This document shows positions 1 through 9,308 of a stretch of 40,277 bases of DNA, one piece after another. The notes under the pieces are model-generated. The model ran no database searches. It saw only the letters and a program-made list of their open reading frames with translations, and was not told the origin of the DNA. The first letter of the stretch is position 1, and every line of letters begins with the position of its first letter. A program made the position numbers and the translations under genes. The stretch spans positions 1-40,277 of IMG/VR virus record IMGVR_UViG_3300037789_000103. One strand, written 5' to 3'. Origin of the DNA: a virus (Duplodnaviria; Caudoviricetes).

Positions 1-1326
1 TTAGGCGGCTTCCTCTTTGGCTGGTGTGATGAGGTCTTGAATGACGCCACCGATAGCTTCGGTTCGAATATCAATGACGAGCCCTTTGGCTGTGACAGTT
101 ACGCGACGAATTAGCAGTTGAGCGATGCGCGCTTGTTCGAGGGGGAAGAGTTTCTCCCAAAGGGCGTCGAAATCTTGCAAGGCGGCGACCACGTCACGCT
201 CATCAATTGAGGCGGAAAGAGTTTTTAAACCCGCAAGGGCATGTACTACCGTTTCTGGCGCTCGCAGCACTTTGCGGATTTGGCTTAGGACCGCACTTTC
301 CAGAGTGTCTGCTGATAAGCGTTTCGGCGCTCCATCATCTACGACGTCTCGGTCCTTAATTTTGTCCATCGATACGTAATAGCGATACCAGCGATTGCCT
401 TTTAGGGTGCCGCTTGGGGTCATTGAAACGCCGGAAGCCGTAAATACGAGACCTTTGAGAAGCGCAGGCGCGCGGCCCCGACTGTTGTTGCGGCGCTCTC
501 GAGGACTGCGCTGCATTATGGCACGCACTTTATCCCAGAGATCCTGGTCGATGATGGCCTCATGTTCGCCAGGATAGGAGGTCCCTTTGTGAACGGCCTC
601 ACCGAGGTACACTCGGTTTTTAAGGATCCGGTAAATGTATCCTTTGTCGGTCAGTATTCCACGCTTTGTCTGAAACCCTTCAGCTCGGAGTTCGCGGGCG
701 AGAAGGGACGCAGATCCCAATTGAACAAACCGTTCAAAGACCTGACGGACGGCTTTGGCTTCTTCGGGGTTGATGACGAGTTTGCGGTTTTTGACGTCGT
801 AGCCATGGGGAACACAGCCCCCCATCCACATTCCCTTTTTGCGAGAGGCAGCGACTTTGTCTCGAATCCGCTCAGCCGTCACTTCTCGTTCGAATTGTGC
901 AAAGCTGAGCAGAATATTGAGGGTAAGGCGTCCCATAGATGTTGTTGTGTTGAAACTTTGGGTCACGGAAATAAAGGTGACATTGTTGCGATCGAAGATC
1001 TCGACGAGCTTTGAGAAGTCCATGAGCGAGCGACTGAGGCGATCGATTTTATAGACCACAACCACATCGATTAGGCCGGCTTCTATGTCTTCGAGCAACT
1101 GGTTCAGAGCGGGTCGATCAAGGGTGCCACCGGAGATCCCGCCATCGTCATATTGTTCACGTAAGGCCACCCATCCTTCAGAGCGTTGGCTTGCAATATA
1201 GGCTTCGCAGGCCTCTCGCTGAGCGTGGAGACTGTTGAACTCTTGTTCGAGGCCTTCGTCGCTGGATTTGCGGGTGTATATGGCACAACGCAGTTTGCGG
1301 GGCGTCTTAGGGGATTGATCAGTCAT
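1..1326 (-). CDS. Large serine recombinase (integrase)
   Basis: CAIYTRKSS catalytic Ser motif, YKIDRLSR, AQFEREVTAERIRD and a recombinase domain. The ATG at 1326 overlaps the upstream stop (ATGA). Confidence 0.93.
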   Translation of the reverse strand: MTDQSPKTPRKLRCAIYTRKSSDEGLEQEFNSLHAQREACEAYIASQRSEGWVALREQYDDGGISGGTLDRPALNQLLEDIEAGLIDVVVVYKIDRLSRSLMDFSKLVEIFDRNNVTFISVTQSFNTTTSMGRLTLNILLSFAQFEREVTAERIRDKVAASRKKGMWMGGCVPHGYDVKNRKLVINPEEAKAVRQVFERFVQLGSASLLARELRAEGFQTKRGILTDKGYIYRILKNRVYLGEAVHKGTSYPGEHEAIIDQDLWDKVRAIMQRSPRERRNNSRGRAPALLKGLVFTASGVSMTPSGTLKGNRWYRYYVSMDKIKDRDVVDDGAPKRLSADTLESAVLSQIRKVLRAPETVVHALAGLKTLSASIDERDVVAALQDFDALWEKLFPLEQARIAQLLIRRVTVTAKGLVIDIRTEAIGGVIQDLITPAKEEAA

Positions 1327-1820
1327 GTTTTTGCTCCTGTGCGGTCGCCGAGGCCGAAGAAGCGATATCCGTTCCAGTTTGATCCGGTGATCGCGCGGGC
1401 GATCGCGGAGAGTGATTTGTATGGGCGGCCCTGCCATTCAAATCCTGCTTTGAGAACTGTCACTTCGTGTTCTGTTCCGCCCCATTCACGAATGAGTTTG
1501 GTCCCTGGGTGAGGGTTTCTGGGGTCGGCGATTTGGCGACGCTTTGCACGACGGCCTTCGACTTCATCGGCGAGGCCATCGAGCAGACGGCGTGTTTGGC
1601 GATCAATACCGCCGTAGGCCAACTCTTGAATGCGGTAGGCCAGACGGTGCTCGAGGTTTGCACGTGAATAGGGTGGGGGCGTGTCCTCAAAGAGATCGCG
1701 CCATTGTTTTTTGAGGTCTGCGATGGGCGTTTTGGGGATAGCGTGTAAGCGCGCCAAAATAGAGAGATCGAGGTCTTTGGATTGTCCTCGCTTCGGGGGT
1801 TTTAGTTTAGTTTGATGCAT
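1323..1820 (-). CDS. DUF2924 family protein
   Basis: LAYRIQELAYGG, PGTKLIREW, FEWQGRPYKSLSAIARAITG..WNGYRFFGL. GGAGG RBS before ATG 1820; usual partner of these recombinases. Confidence 0.85.
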   Translation of the reverse strand: MHQTKLKPPKRGQSKDLDLSILARLHAIPKTPIADLKKQWRDLFEDTPPPYSRANLEHRLAYRIQELAYGGIDRQTRRLLDGLADEVEGRRAKRRQIADPRNPHPGTKLIREWGGTEHEVTVLKAGFEWQGRPYKSLSAIARAITGSNWNGYRFFGLGDRTGAKT

Positions 1821-2055
1821 GGTCAGTGCCTCCAATTCGGATCCGGGTTCGCTGACGACTACTGCTCGAACGGGGTAAAACATCCACAAAACTGTCTCTG
1901 GTCTGTGCAGATAAAGAACTGGACTTATCGTCTTTGAGACGCATGAGCCCAACAGCGAGAATGTAGCCGAATTCTGATCTTCGTTCGGAGATGGTCATGG
2001 TCTCAGGGCATAGGGGATTGGGCCCAGAAACTGGGGTCTTAAGAATATCAATCAT
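1807..2055 (-). CDS. Small hypothetical protein of the recombinase operon
   Basis: NPLCPETMTISERRSEFGYILAVGLMRL resembles the small ORF usually found ahead of DUF2924; overlaps the next gene. Confidence 0.6.
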   Translation of the reverse strand: MIDILKTPVSGPNPLCPETMTISERRSEFGYILAVGLMRLKDDKSSSLSAQTRDSFVDVLPRSSSSRQRTRIRIGGTDHASN

Positions 2056-2266
2056 GGGGGTGCCTTATGAGGTCTGTGACACCTGTTTGAGGCAGGTTTG
2101 TTGAGGGATGCAACTGTTTAGCATGATGCGCCGTGCCCGCGCGCAACTGCGCGTATCTATGGGTATGGAGACCTTACTAAGTCTTGGGGTGAGGGACTTC
2201 GAAAAGCCTGCCTGTGGACGAATTTTGGATAAGTAAATGTTGGACGGAATCGGGGAATTTGATGTA

Positions 2267-2281
2267 GAACATTTAGTGAAC
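2267..2281 (+). promoter_or_regulatory. Alphaproteobacterial LexA (SOS) box
   Basis: GAAC-ATTTAGT-GAAC is an exact GAAC-N7-GAAC, just after TTGATG and 24 nt before ATG 2306. Confidence 0.75.
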
Positions 2282-2305
2282 AAAAGAGCGCAGGTCGGAG
2301 GAAAG

Positions 2306-2989
2306 ATGCTTATTGAAAAGGACTATTATTCACTGTCGGAGATCCTCCTGCGCTGGTCGATTCAGGAAGAGGATCTGATCTATTTGGCAGAAAATGATCA
2401 GGTCAGACTGTCACTTAGATTATGCAATATGTTCTTGGAATTTGGGACTTACGAGGTGGATGAGGACGGGGCTCTGTTTCGGATGGCGACAGCAGAGCGT
2501 TCCTTTAGTGGTCTGGTCGATGTTCAGGCAGATGATGTCTTTCATCTCTTTCGTGCCGGCGAAGCCTACTTGCAGGAGTTTAGGTTGGGGCCGAACGGAT
2601 ATGCGGCACTGCCAGACACCCATGAGGGGCATTACACGGTCATTGGAGATCTCTTGATGCGCCGAACGGTCCGCGATCATTTTGAGGTCCGGCAGGGCTT
2701 TCATTCTGGCGAACCGCAGGAGCCCGAGCGGACCTTTATCTCAGCCAATGGATACCGAGAGATCCGCTACTGCGGTCAGTATTTTCAATTTGGCCCGATC
2801 CAGGCGGAGGTGGTGCGGGTTTTGCATCACGCGACAGAGGTGGGGCAACCATGGCAAAACGGCAAGATGATCTTATCGCAAGCTGGGTCCCGCAGTCTCA
2901 AGATGCTCGACGTTTTTAAATCCAAGCCAGGATGGCGCGATCTGATTCAGTCGGATGGACGCGGGAATTATCGCCTAAGGGCAGGCTGA
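2306..2989 (+). CDS. Putative transcriptional regulator with C-terminal winged-helix-like domain
   Basis: GGAGG RBS; C-terminus FGPIQAEVVRVLH...LIQSDGRGNYRL resembles a wHTH. Function inferred. Confidence 0.6.
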   Translation: MLIEKDYYSLSEILLRWSIQEEDLIYLAENDQVRLSLRLCNMFLEFGTYEVDEDGALFRMATAERSFSGLVDVQADDVFHLFRAGEAYLQEFRLGPNGYAALPDTHEGHYTVIGDLLMRRTVRDHFEVRQGFHSGEPQEPERTFISANGYREIRYCGQYFQFGPIQAEVVRVLHHATEVGQPWQNGKMILSQAGSRSLKMLDVFKSKPGWRDLIQSDGRGNYRLRAG

Positions 2990-3013
2990 TCGGGATCGCG
3001 TCATAGGACCTGC

Positions 3014-3118
3014 GGGATCCGGAGTGGGATGAGAGGGGGAGGGTTGCGGGATGCGCCTCCCCCTCAGTGCATTGAGGTCCATGAAACTAGGAAGAAGGCT
3101 GATCCCACTCCGGATCCC
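3014..3118. repeat. Nested inverted repeats with GGGAT/ATCCC motifs
   Basis: GGGATCCGGAGTGGGAT (3014-3030) / ATCCCACTCCGGATCCC (3102-3118); inner GAGGGGGAGG (3033-3042) / CCTCCCCCTC (3056-3065). Confidence 0.85.
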
Positions 3119-3189
3119 TCTTCGCTCCCGACGACATCCCACCGCTGAGTTTCGCATTCTCTCCTGGTCATCACGAGAGGATTTAAACG

Positions 3190-3399
3190 ATGCAACCAAA
3201 GACGTGTTTTACGCAAAAAGAACTGGCCCGGCGTTGGGCGATTTCTCACCGAACCTTGGAGCGCTGGCGTTGGACGGGTGAGGGTCCATCCTTCATGAAA
3301 CTCGGTGGTCGAGTGATCTACCGTTTGGAGGACATCATCGCCTTTGAGCAGGCGTGTTTGCGTTCAAGCGAGGTGGAGCCTGAGGCACGGGTCGCATGA
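3190..3399 (+). CDS. AlpA/Xis-like helix-turn-helix protein
   Basis: TQKELARRWAISHRTLERWRWTGEGPSFMKLGGRVIYRLEDI. Confidence 0.88.
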   Translation: MQPKTCFTQKELARRWAISHRTLERWRWTGEGPSFMKLGGRVIYRLEDIIAFEQACLRSSEVEPEARVA

Positions 3400-3710
3400 T
3401 GGTTCTGCAGGTCGAGGATGATCTTGGGTTCTTGGCTTGGCTGTCTGTAGCCGTGCCAGGATCTGCGTTCAGCTATCATCAAGGCTTCTTGGCTGTGGAT
3501 ACGTCGCCTCCGGTTTCCAAACTTACGCCAAGAGACCAGAACCGTTTGCGCTTGATCGCTGAGGCTGCTTGGCGCGCCTCGGAAAAGAACCTGGTGCATC
3601 TCGTGCAGTCGCGCCTGGGTCCGGATCATTTCGAGTATCGCGCCGTCGCACGCCCATCCAAAACTTCACACCCCACTCATCACCAAAAGCGTCCTCTTGA
3701 GGCCGCCTAA
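3396..3710 (+). CDS. Hypothetical phage early protein
   Basis: ATGA overlap with the upstream gene; FLAW..A.PG..FSYHQGFLAVD and LVHLVQ.R.G...FEYRA motifs; paralog at 36939-37190. Confidence 0.75.
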   Translation: MMVLQVEDDLGFLAWLSVAVPGSAFSYHQGFLAVDTSPPVSKLTPRDQNRLRLIAEAAWRASEKNLVHLVQSRLGPDHFEYRAVARPSKTSHPTHHQKRPLEAA

Positions 3711-3736
3711 ACGAATTTATCCTGAAAGGACCCCAA

Positions 3737-4222
3737 GTGACCTATCCAAAGAACATCCCCAGTGTGGATGATATGTTGAACCTGCCAGCTGGAGAGTTGG
3801 CAATGATGCCTGTCGAGTTGCTGGCAAGCCTTCAAGCCGAGCTTGCCCATGCACAGGGCCAGCTGAAGGCGGCGATCGCTCGGTTTAGTACGGCCTTAGA
3901 AGTCCGTTATGCCACTCGTGCGGCAGAAGCCCGAGAGGCGTCGGGCAAAGATACCGGTACGGTGCGTTTGACCGATGGTGACTACACGGTCATCGCCGAT
4001 CTGCCCAAACGGGTCGAATGGGACCAAGAGAAATTAGCTCTGATGGCACAGAATTTGGTGGCGACAGGTGAGGACCCGGCTGAGTTCATAGACACCAAAC
4101 TCTCGGTCGCAGAGCGCAAATACGGGGCTCTTCCTGAAGCCTGGCGTAAAGATTTTGAGCCCGCGCGCACGGTCAAAGTTGGTGCATTGAAGGTCACGCT
4201 TCAGTCTGGAGTTGCGGCATGA
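3737..4222 (+). CDS. Hypothetical protein of the recombination module
   Basis: GTG start after AAGGA; GKDTGTVR..DG..VIADLPKRVEWDQ; coupled to the ATPase gene. Confidence 0.75.
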   Translation: MTYPKNIPSVDDMLNLPAGELAMMPVELLASLQAELAHAQGQLKAAIARFSTALEVRYATRAAEAREASGKDTGTVRLTDGDYTVIADLPKRVEWDQEKLALMAQNLVATGEDPAEFIDTKLSVAERKYGALPEAWRKDFEPARTVKVGALKVTLQSGVAA

Positions 4223-5115
4223 CCGAAGGCTTCCCCATCATTACAGCGGATCAGCGATTGGCAGAGCCGCGCGGGATCAAAGGTGTCATTTTTGGAAAAA
4301 GCGGGATTGGCAAAACGAGCCTCTTGTGGACCCTGGATCCGACGACCACGCTGTTTTTTGATCTTGAAGCGGGCGATCTTGCGATTGAAGGCTTGAGCAT
4401 CAATGCGCTGCGCCCACGAACTTGGTCAGAGTGTCGAGACTTCGCGGTGTACATCGGGGGCCCTAATCCGGCGCTACGCGATGATCAACCCTACGGGCCA
4501 GCGCATTATGCTGCTGTTTGCGAAAAGTTCGGCGATCCTGCCGTGCTCGATCAATATGACACCGTATTTGTCGACTCGATCACGGTTGCGGGGCGTTTGT
4601 GCTTTCAATGGTGCAAAGGCCAGCCTGAAGCCCTGTCAGAGAAGACTGGCAAGCCTGACGTCCGGGGTGCTTTTGGACTTCACGGTCGCGAGATGATCGC
4701 ATGGCTGACCCACCTCCAGCACACCAGAGGTAAGAACATTTGGTTTGTGGGCATCTTGGATGAGAAGTTGGATGACTTTAACCGCAAGATCTTTGTGCCT
4801 CAGATTGATGGCTCAAAAACGGGGTTGGAACTGCCAGGTATTGTCGATCAGGTCATCACAATGGCCGATATCCCGAGCGATCGGGGCGGCGATGAACGTG
4901 TCTTTATCTGTCAAACCCTGAACCCATGGGGCTTTCCCGCTAAAGACCGATCTGGCCGACTTGATCCAGTAGAGGCCCCACATCTGGGGCATTTGATGCA
5001 GAAAATCCGCGGCCCATTGCGTGCCGTCGAGGAGCGTCTTTCTTACTCTCAACCTTCCCCAAATTTTCCGAACTCGATTGAGGCGGAGAGCCTCGATCTT
5101 CCAACGTCTCTTTGA
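4219..5115 (+). CDS. AAA_24 / Sak4-like ATPase
   Basis: Walker A GKSGIGKTS, Walker B VFVDSIT, C-terminal AKDRSG. Confidence 0.85.
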   Translation: MTEGFPIITADQRLAEPRGIKGVIFGKSGIGKTSLLWTLDPTTTLFFDLEAGDLAIEGLSINALRPRTWSECRDFAVYIGGPNPALRDDQPYGPAHYAAVCEKFGDPAVLDQYDTVFVDSITVAGRLCFQWCKGQPEALSEKTGKPDVRGAFGLHGREMIAWLTHLQHTRGKNIWFVGILDEKLDDFNRKIFVPQIDGSKTGLELPGIVDQVITMADIPSDRGGDERVFICQTLNPWGFPAKDRSGRLDPVEAPHLGHLMQKIRGPLRAVEERLSYSQPSPNFPNSIEAESLDLPTSL

Positions 5116-5126
5116 AAGGACCGACT

Positions 5127-5732
5127 ATGTCTCTGTGGACAGACTTTAGCGATGCACAAACCCAGTCCAATGTGATCCCAAAGGGCACCTTGGCGAAGGT
5201 TCAGATGACACTGCGACCGGGTGGCTTTGATGATCCTGATCAGGGCTGGACGGATGGTTACGCCAAGCGGGGGACGACGGGATCCGTATATTTGGATGCT
5301 GAATATACGGTGATGTCAGGCCCATATGCCAAACGTAAAATTTGGTCGATGATCGGACTGTATAGCCCAAATGGCCCGAATTGGGCGGCTATGGGCCGAA
5401 GTTTCTTGCGGAGTGTTTTGAATTCGGCGCGCGGCTTGTCTGACAAGGATCTTTCGCAAGTGGCGCAAGAACGACGTCGGATCTCTGGGTTTCGAGATCT
5501 TGATGGCCTTGAATTTGTGGCACGAATTGATGTGGGCATTGATGGCATGGGGGAGGAGCGCAACGAAATCCGCTCTGCTGTTACGGTGGATCACCGTGAC
5601 TATGCCAATCTTATGCAGGGCCTGGCGCAAAACCTGACGCGCCCATCTAACGCCTCGTTTGCGGGCTCTGCTCACCAGGCCGCCTATGAGGGGCAAGCCC
5701 CAGCGCAAAGCCGGCCAGCATGGGCAGGGTGA
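5127..5732 (+). CDS. Putative single-stranded DNA-binding protein
   Basis: Follows the Sak4-like ATPase; YLDAEYTVMSGPYAKRKIW; flexible tail ending RPAWAG. Confidence 0.6.
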   Translation: MSLWTDFSDAQTQSNVIPKGTLAKVQMTLRPGGFDDPDQGWTDGYAKRGTTGSVYLDAEYTVMSGPYAKRKIWSMIGLYSPNGPNWAAMGRSFLRSVLNSARGLSDKDLSQVAQERRRISGFRDLDGLEFVARIDVGIDGMGEERNEIRSAVTVDHRDYANLMQGLAQNLTRPSNASFAGSAHQAAYEGQAPAQSRPAWAG

Positions 5733-6139
5733 GACGCGCTATGGAAGAAATGGTGGAGCGCTTCGGCGCTGCACCACACCCGTGCCATTGCAGTTTTTGC
5801 ACATCGCTCGCCACCGGTTTTGGCTGGTTTGAACGCTCCAACAAATCTGAGAGCCGAAAGGCACATAACTTTTGTTCGTTCGCCTGCCAATCGACCTTCG
5901 TAGATCTCCACGTCCAACGTTATCCAAGAGGACAACATATGACCGAGTTAACTGCCTTTGAGACCCGAGCCCTTGAGGCTGTGCTTGTTGGCCTTATTCC
6001 AGAGTTTGAGCGTCTCGGCTGGGACCGCAGTTTTGCTCAGATGAGCAAACAGGAGATCATGGGCATTTTAGCGGAGGCTATCCGTATCTTCCGCGTCGAA
6101 ATGTCGGCCTTGGCGCTTGAAGATGAGATCCCATTTTGA
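5720..6139 (+). CDS. Zn-finger-like plus DUF6511-like protein (start uncertain; internal RBS+ATG at 5939)
   Basis: CSFC...FCSFAC, then a helical domain ending EDEIPF; GAGGA before ATG 5939. Confidence 0.55.
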   Translation: MGRVRRAMEEMVERFGAAPHPCHCSFCTSLATGFGWFERSNKSESRKAHNFCSFACQSTFVDLHVQRYPRGQHMTELTAFETRALEAVLVGLIPEFERLGWDRSFAQMSKQEIMGILAEAIRIFRVEMSALALEDEIPF

Positions 6140-6906
6140 TGGGCGCGCGGTCTCTTTTGCCTGCCTTTGCTAAAGAGGTGCAGGCCTTAATTGATACAGG
6201 CCTACAGGCTGCGCATAAAGGCGAGGTGCCTCGCCAGTATTTGGGTGGGTCTCGCCTTGGCCATCCTTGTACTCGTGCCTTGCAGTATGAATATCTCAAT
6301 TCTCCTAAAGACGAGGGGCGTGGCTTTACAGGACAAACTCTGCGAATTTTTGCGATTGGCTACGCGCTCGAAGATTTGGCGGCTTCGTGGCTTCGGAGTG
6401 CGGGATTTGAACTTCTGACACGCCAGTCCAATGACCCCGAGGCTCCGCAATTGGGCTTCTCGGTTGCGGGGGGACGCATACAAGGTCACGTGGATGGCAT
6501 TGTGATCTCAGCACCGAGTGGTCTCATGGTCGCCTGTCCGGCTCTGTGGGAGTGCAAGACGATGAATGCGCAGTCCTGGCGCAGATGTGTCAAAGAGGGT
6601 GTGGCGCGCGCCAAGCCCATCTATGCAGCGCAAATAGCGATTTATCAGGCGTACATGTCGCCACAGGTCCCAGGCCTTATTCAAAATCCGGCTCTTTTTA
6701 CGGCGATCAACAAGGATACAGGCGAACTCTATCACGAAGCCGTTTCCTTTGATGCCGAGCGTGCACAGCAGATCTCGGACCGTGGCGTCCAAATTCTACG
6801 GGCCACTGATGCAGGGGAATGGCTTCCTCGACTTGCCCGATCCGCCGACTTTTATGAATGCCGGTTATGTCCTTGGGCGAAGCGCTGTTGGAGCGCGCCG
6901 TCATGA
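6136..6906 (+). CDS. Cas4-like PD-(D/E)XK exonuclease
   Basis: GHVDG..WECK, QIAIY, and four-Cys Fe-S pattern (GHPC ... CRLC.....C). Confidence 0.8.
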   Translation: MMGARSLLPAFAKEVQALIDTGLQAAHKGEVPRQYLGGSRLGHPCTRALQYEYLNSPKDEGRGFTGQTLRIFAIGYALEDLAASWLRSAGFELLTRQSNDPEAPQLGFSVAGGRIQGHVDGIVISAPSGLMVACPALWECKTMNAQSWRRCVKEGVARAKPIYAAQIAIYQAYMSPQVPGLIQNPALFTAINKDTGELYHEAVSFDAERAQQISDRGVQILRATDAGEWLPRLARSADFYECRLCPWAKRCWSAPS

Positions 6907-9308
6907 CCGACGAGCCTTCGTCCCGAAGTAAGCCAGCGACACAAAATCAAGAGACGTCAATGCAGAGTACCACTCAGCCGGAGGATGCCGCCGCGCCGCA
7001 ACGGCACGTTCCAGAAAACCTTGTTCACTTTAATCCGTGGCGCGACTTCAACGATGCTGCGCCAATCGAGGATGTATTTGGCGATGAGTTGGATCCCTCA
7101 CAGATTGCTGACTTCATGGAAGTGGTCTTTGGGTATTGCGATGGCTTCATTCCGGTGCGGAGTTTCATCGATAAGGGGCAAGGCTTTGATGGCAGGCCGC
7201 ACAACATTTGGATTGAGGCGGGTCGCTCTGTTGCCGACAAAATGACAACCTTTGCGCATTGGGCGGCACGGGAGGGCGCTGCTGTCTATGTGATCCCTGG
7301 CACAGTTGCAGCTCTCGGACAGGCAAAGGCTGCTGACGTCCTACAGATGCAAGCTGTTGTCGTTGATATCGACACTGGCGATATCGCCGCAAAACGCAGC
7401 CATCTCATCCGCCATTTGGGGCCACCTACTATGGTGGTGGAGAGCGGGGGCGTGACGGTCGAGGGGCAGCGCAAACTGCATCTATGGTGGAAGCTGACAG
7501 AGCCTGCTCAAGGGGTGGATCTCCTGCGTGTCACGCGGTTGCGTGGCGATATTGCTGCCAAAGTCGGAGGTGATATGCACTTTCGCTCGGCGCACCAGCC
7601 TATACGAGTTGCAGGATCGGTTTATTATAAAAACGCGCTGAAGACCCAAGTTCGAATTGTAGACCTCTACCGAGATCGAGAATTTGAGCTTGATGACCTT
7701 TGTGAGGCGGTAGCTGATATGCCACCAGCGTCAGGGATCGCGTTGGCACCTGATGTCTCTGGAGCAGACCGGCCAAATGCTAATGATGTCCTTGTTACGC
7801 CTGTGCGTGAGGGTGGGCAGGATAGCTGGTCACGCTTTGAAGGGGCGTCAGCCGCAATTGGATATTTTATCCGTCTGGTACACGAGGGACGCCTCACCAA
7901 GGATGAGGGCTGGGAAGCTATCTGCGGCTATAATGCGGCGATGTTGCGCCCTGCGTGGTCCGTTGAGCGGTTAAGACGTGAGGCAGAGCGGCTTTGGGCC
8001 ATTCATGTTGAAAAACATGGGGCACCAGTTCTCCGACTTGAGCGTTCAGCCCCTAGTCCTTCCGAAATGCCAGCCTTCAGTCTTGGTGCGCTCTTGGATG
8101 ACCAGAGCCCTATGCCTCAAGACCTGATTGCGCCTCGGGTGTTAACCCCGGGCGGTCTCCTCGTCCTCGGTGGGGCTCCCAAAGTCGGCAAAAGCGATCT
8201 TTTGATCTCGCTGCTGGTCCATATGGCGGCAGGTGAAGCGTTTCTGGGCTTTAGCCCCCCTCGTCCTTTGCGGGTTTTCTATCTCCAGGCTGAAATCCAA
8301 TATCATTATCTGTGTGAACGGATGCGTCAGATTTCTTTGCCGGCAAAGATTATCGCAGGCGCACGCGAGAATCTTGTGGCGACCCCGAAGCTCAATCTTT
8401 TGCTCGATGCGGCTGGAAGCAGCCGCGTGGTGGAGGCAATAGGTAAGGCTTTCCCAACAGAGCCTGTGGACATCATCTGTATCGATCCTATCCGGAACCT
8501 CTTTGATGGTGGACCGGATGGTGCGGGCGAAAACGACAACGCCGCGATGATGTTCTTCTTGAGGGAACGTGTTGAGGTCCTTCGCGATCACATCAATCCA
8601 GATTGTGGGGTCATTCTGGCCCATCACACCAAGAAGCTTTCGAAGCAACAAGTGAAGGATGATCCGTTCTTGGCACTTTCTGGGGCCAGTGCTCTGCGTG
8701 GGTTCTATACCTCGGGGCTGATCCTGCATCGTCCCGACGAGGACAGTCCTGAACGGAAGTTGGAAATAGAGCTGCGCAACGGCCCGTCTTTGCCGGCAAA
8801 GCTCATCGATAAAGTCGAGGGCGCCTGGGTTGAGCTTAATCCGATAAATGAGCGTTTGGTCCGAGCAGGGCTTGGGGCAAGGCACGATGCGGAACGCGAC
8901 CGAAAAGGTGAGGTGATCACCGATATCCTTGAGCGGGAAGCGCGAGCGGGGCGCATGTATACCATGTCGCTCTTTGCGGAGTCATTTGAGAATAAAGGTG
9001 GCCTGAGTGGACAAACGAGCATCCGTGATCGTTTGAACGTATTGGCGACAAAAGGCGTGATTAAGTTCGTCAAGGCCGATGCCGCCAGTGATCTTGGACT
9101 AGCAACAGAACGTTCAAAATACGGATATCTGTGCACGGAAGGCATGGAGTTTGCGACAGGCCAAGATGGTGTCGATCCTGAGACGGGCGAGGTCATTCCT
9201 GTTCTCGTTCGCGTCCGACCGAGCCACTATAAATGTGCTCAGACAGGAGCTCTCTTACCGGTCGAAAATCCCGAAATCTGGGTGCGTCCGGAAGGTATAA
9301 AGTCATGA
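6903..9308 (+). CDS. Primase (RepB-like) fused to AAA_25/RepA-type helicase
   Basis: VVVDID, VESGG, LHLWWKL, QPIRVAG primase motifs; GAPKVGKS, ICIDP, LAHHTKK, SGASAL helicase motifs. Confidence 0.88.
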   Translation: MTDEPSSRSKPATQNQETSMQSTTQPEDAAAPQRHVPENLVHFNPWRDFNDAAPIEDVFGDELDPSQIADFMEVVFGYCDGFIPVRSFIDKGQGFDGRPHNIWIEAGRSVADKMTTFAHWAAREGAAVYVIPGTVAALGQAKAADVLQMQAVVVDIDTGDIAAKRSHLIRHLGPPTMVVESGGVTVEGQRKLHLWWKLTEPAQGVDLLRVTRLRGDIAAKVGGDMHFRSAHQPIRVAGSVYYKNALKTQVRIVDLYRDREFELDDLCEAVADMPPASGIALAPDVSGADRPNANDVLVTPVREGGQDSWSRFEGASAAIGYFIRLVHEGRLTKDEGWEAICGYNAAMLRPAWSVERLRREAERLWAIHVEKHGAPVLRLERSAPSPSEMPAFSLGALLDDQSPMPQDLIAPRVLTPGGLLVLGGAPKVGKSDLLISLLVHMAAGEAFLGFSPPRPLRVFYLQAEIQYHYLCERMRQISLPAKIIAGARENLVATPKLNLLLDAAGSSRVVEAIGKAFPTEPVDIICIDPIRNLFDGGPDGAGENDNAAMMFFLRERVEVLRDHINPDCGVILAHHTKKLSKQQVKDDPFLALSGASALRGFYTSGLILHRPDEDSPERKLEIELRNGPSLPAKLIDKVEGAWVELNPINERLVRAGLGARHDAERDRKGEVITDILEREARAGRMYTMSLFAESFENKGGLSGQTSIRDRLNVLATKGVIKFVKADAASDLGLATERSKYGYLCTEGMEFATGQDGVDPETGEVIPVLVRVRPSHYKCAQTGALLPVENPEIWVRPEGIKS

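Noticed and set aside
6136-6906. CRISPR-Cas system
   Set aside because: Solo Cas4-like nuclease in a recombination module; no other cas genes and no repeat-spacer array seen
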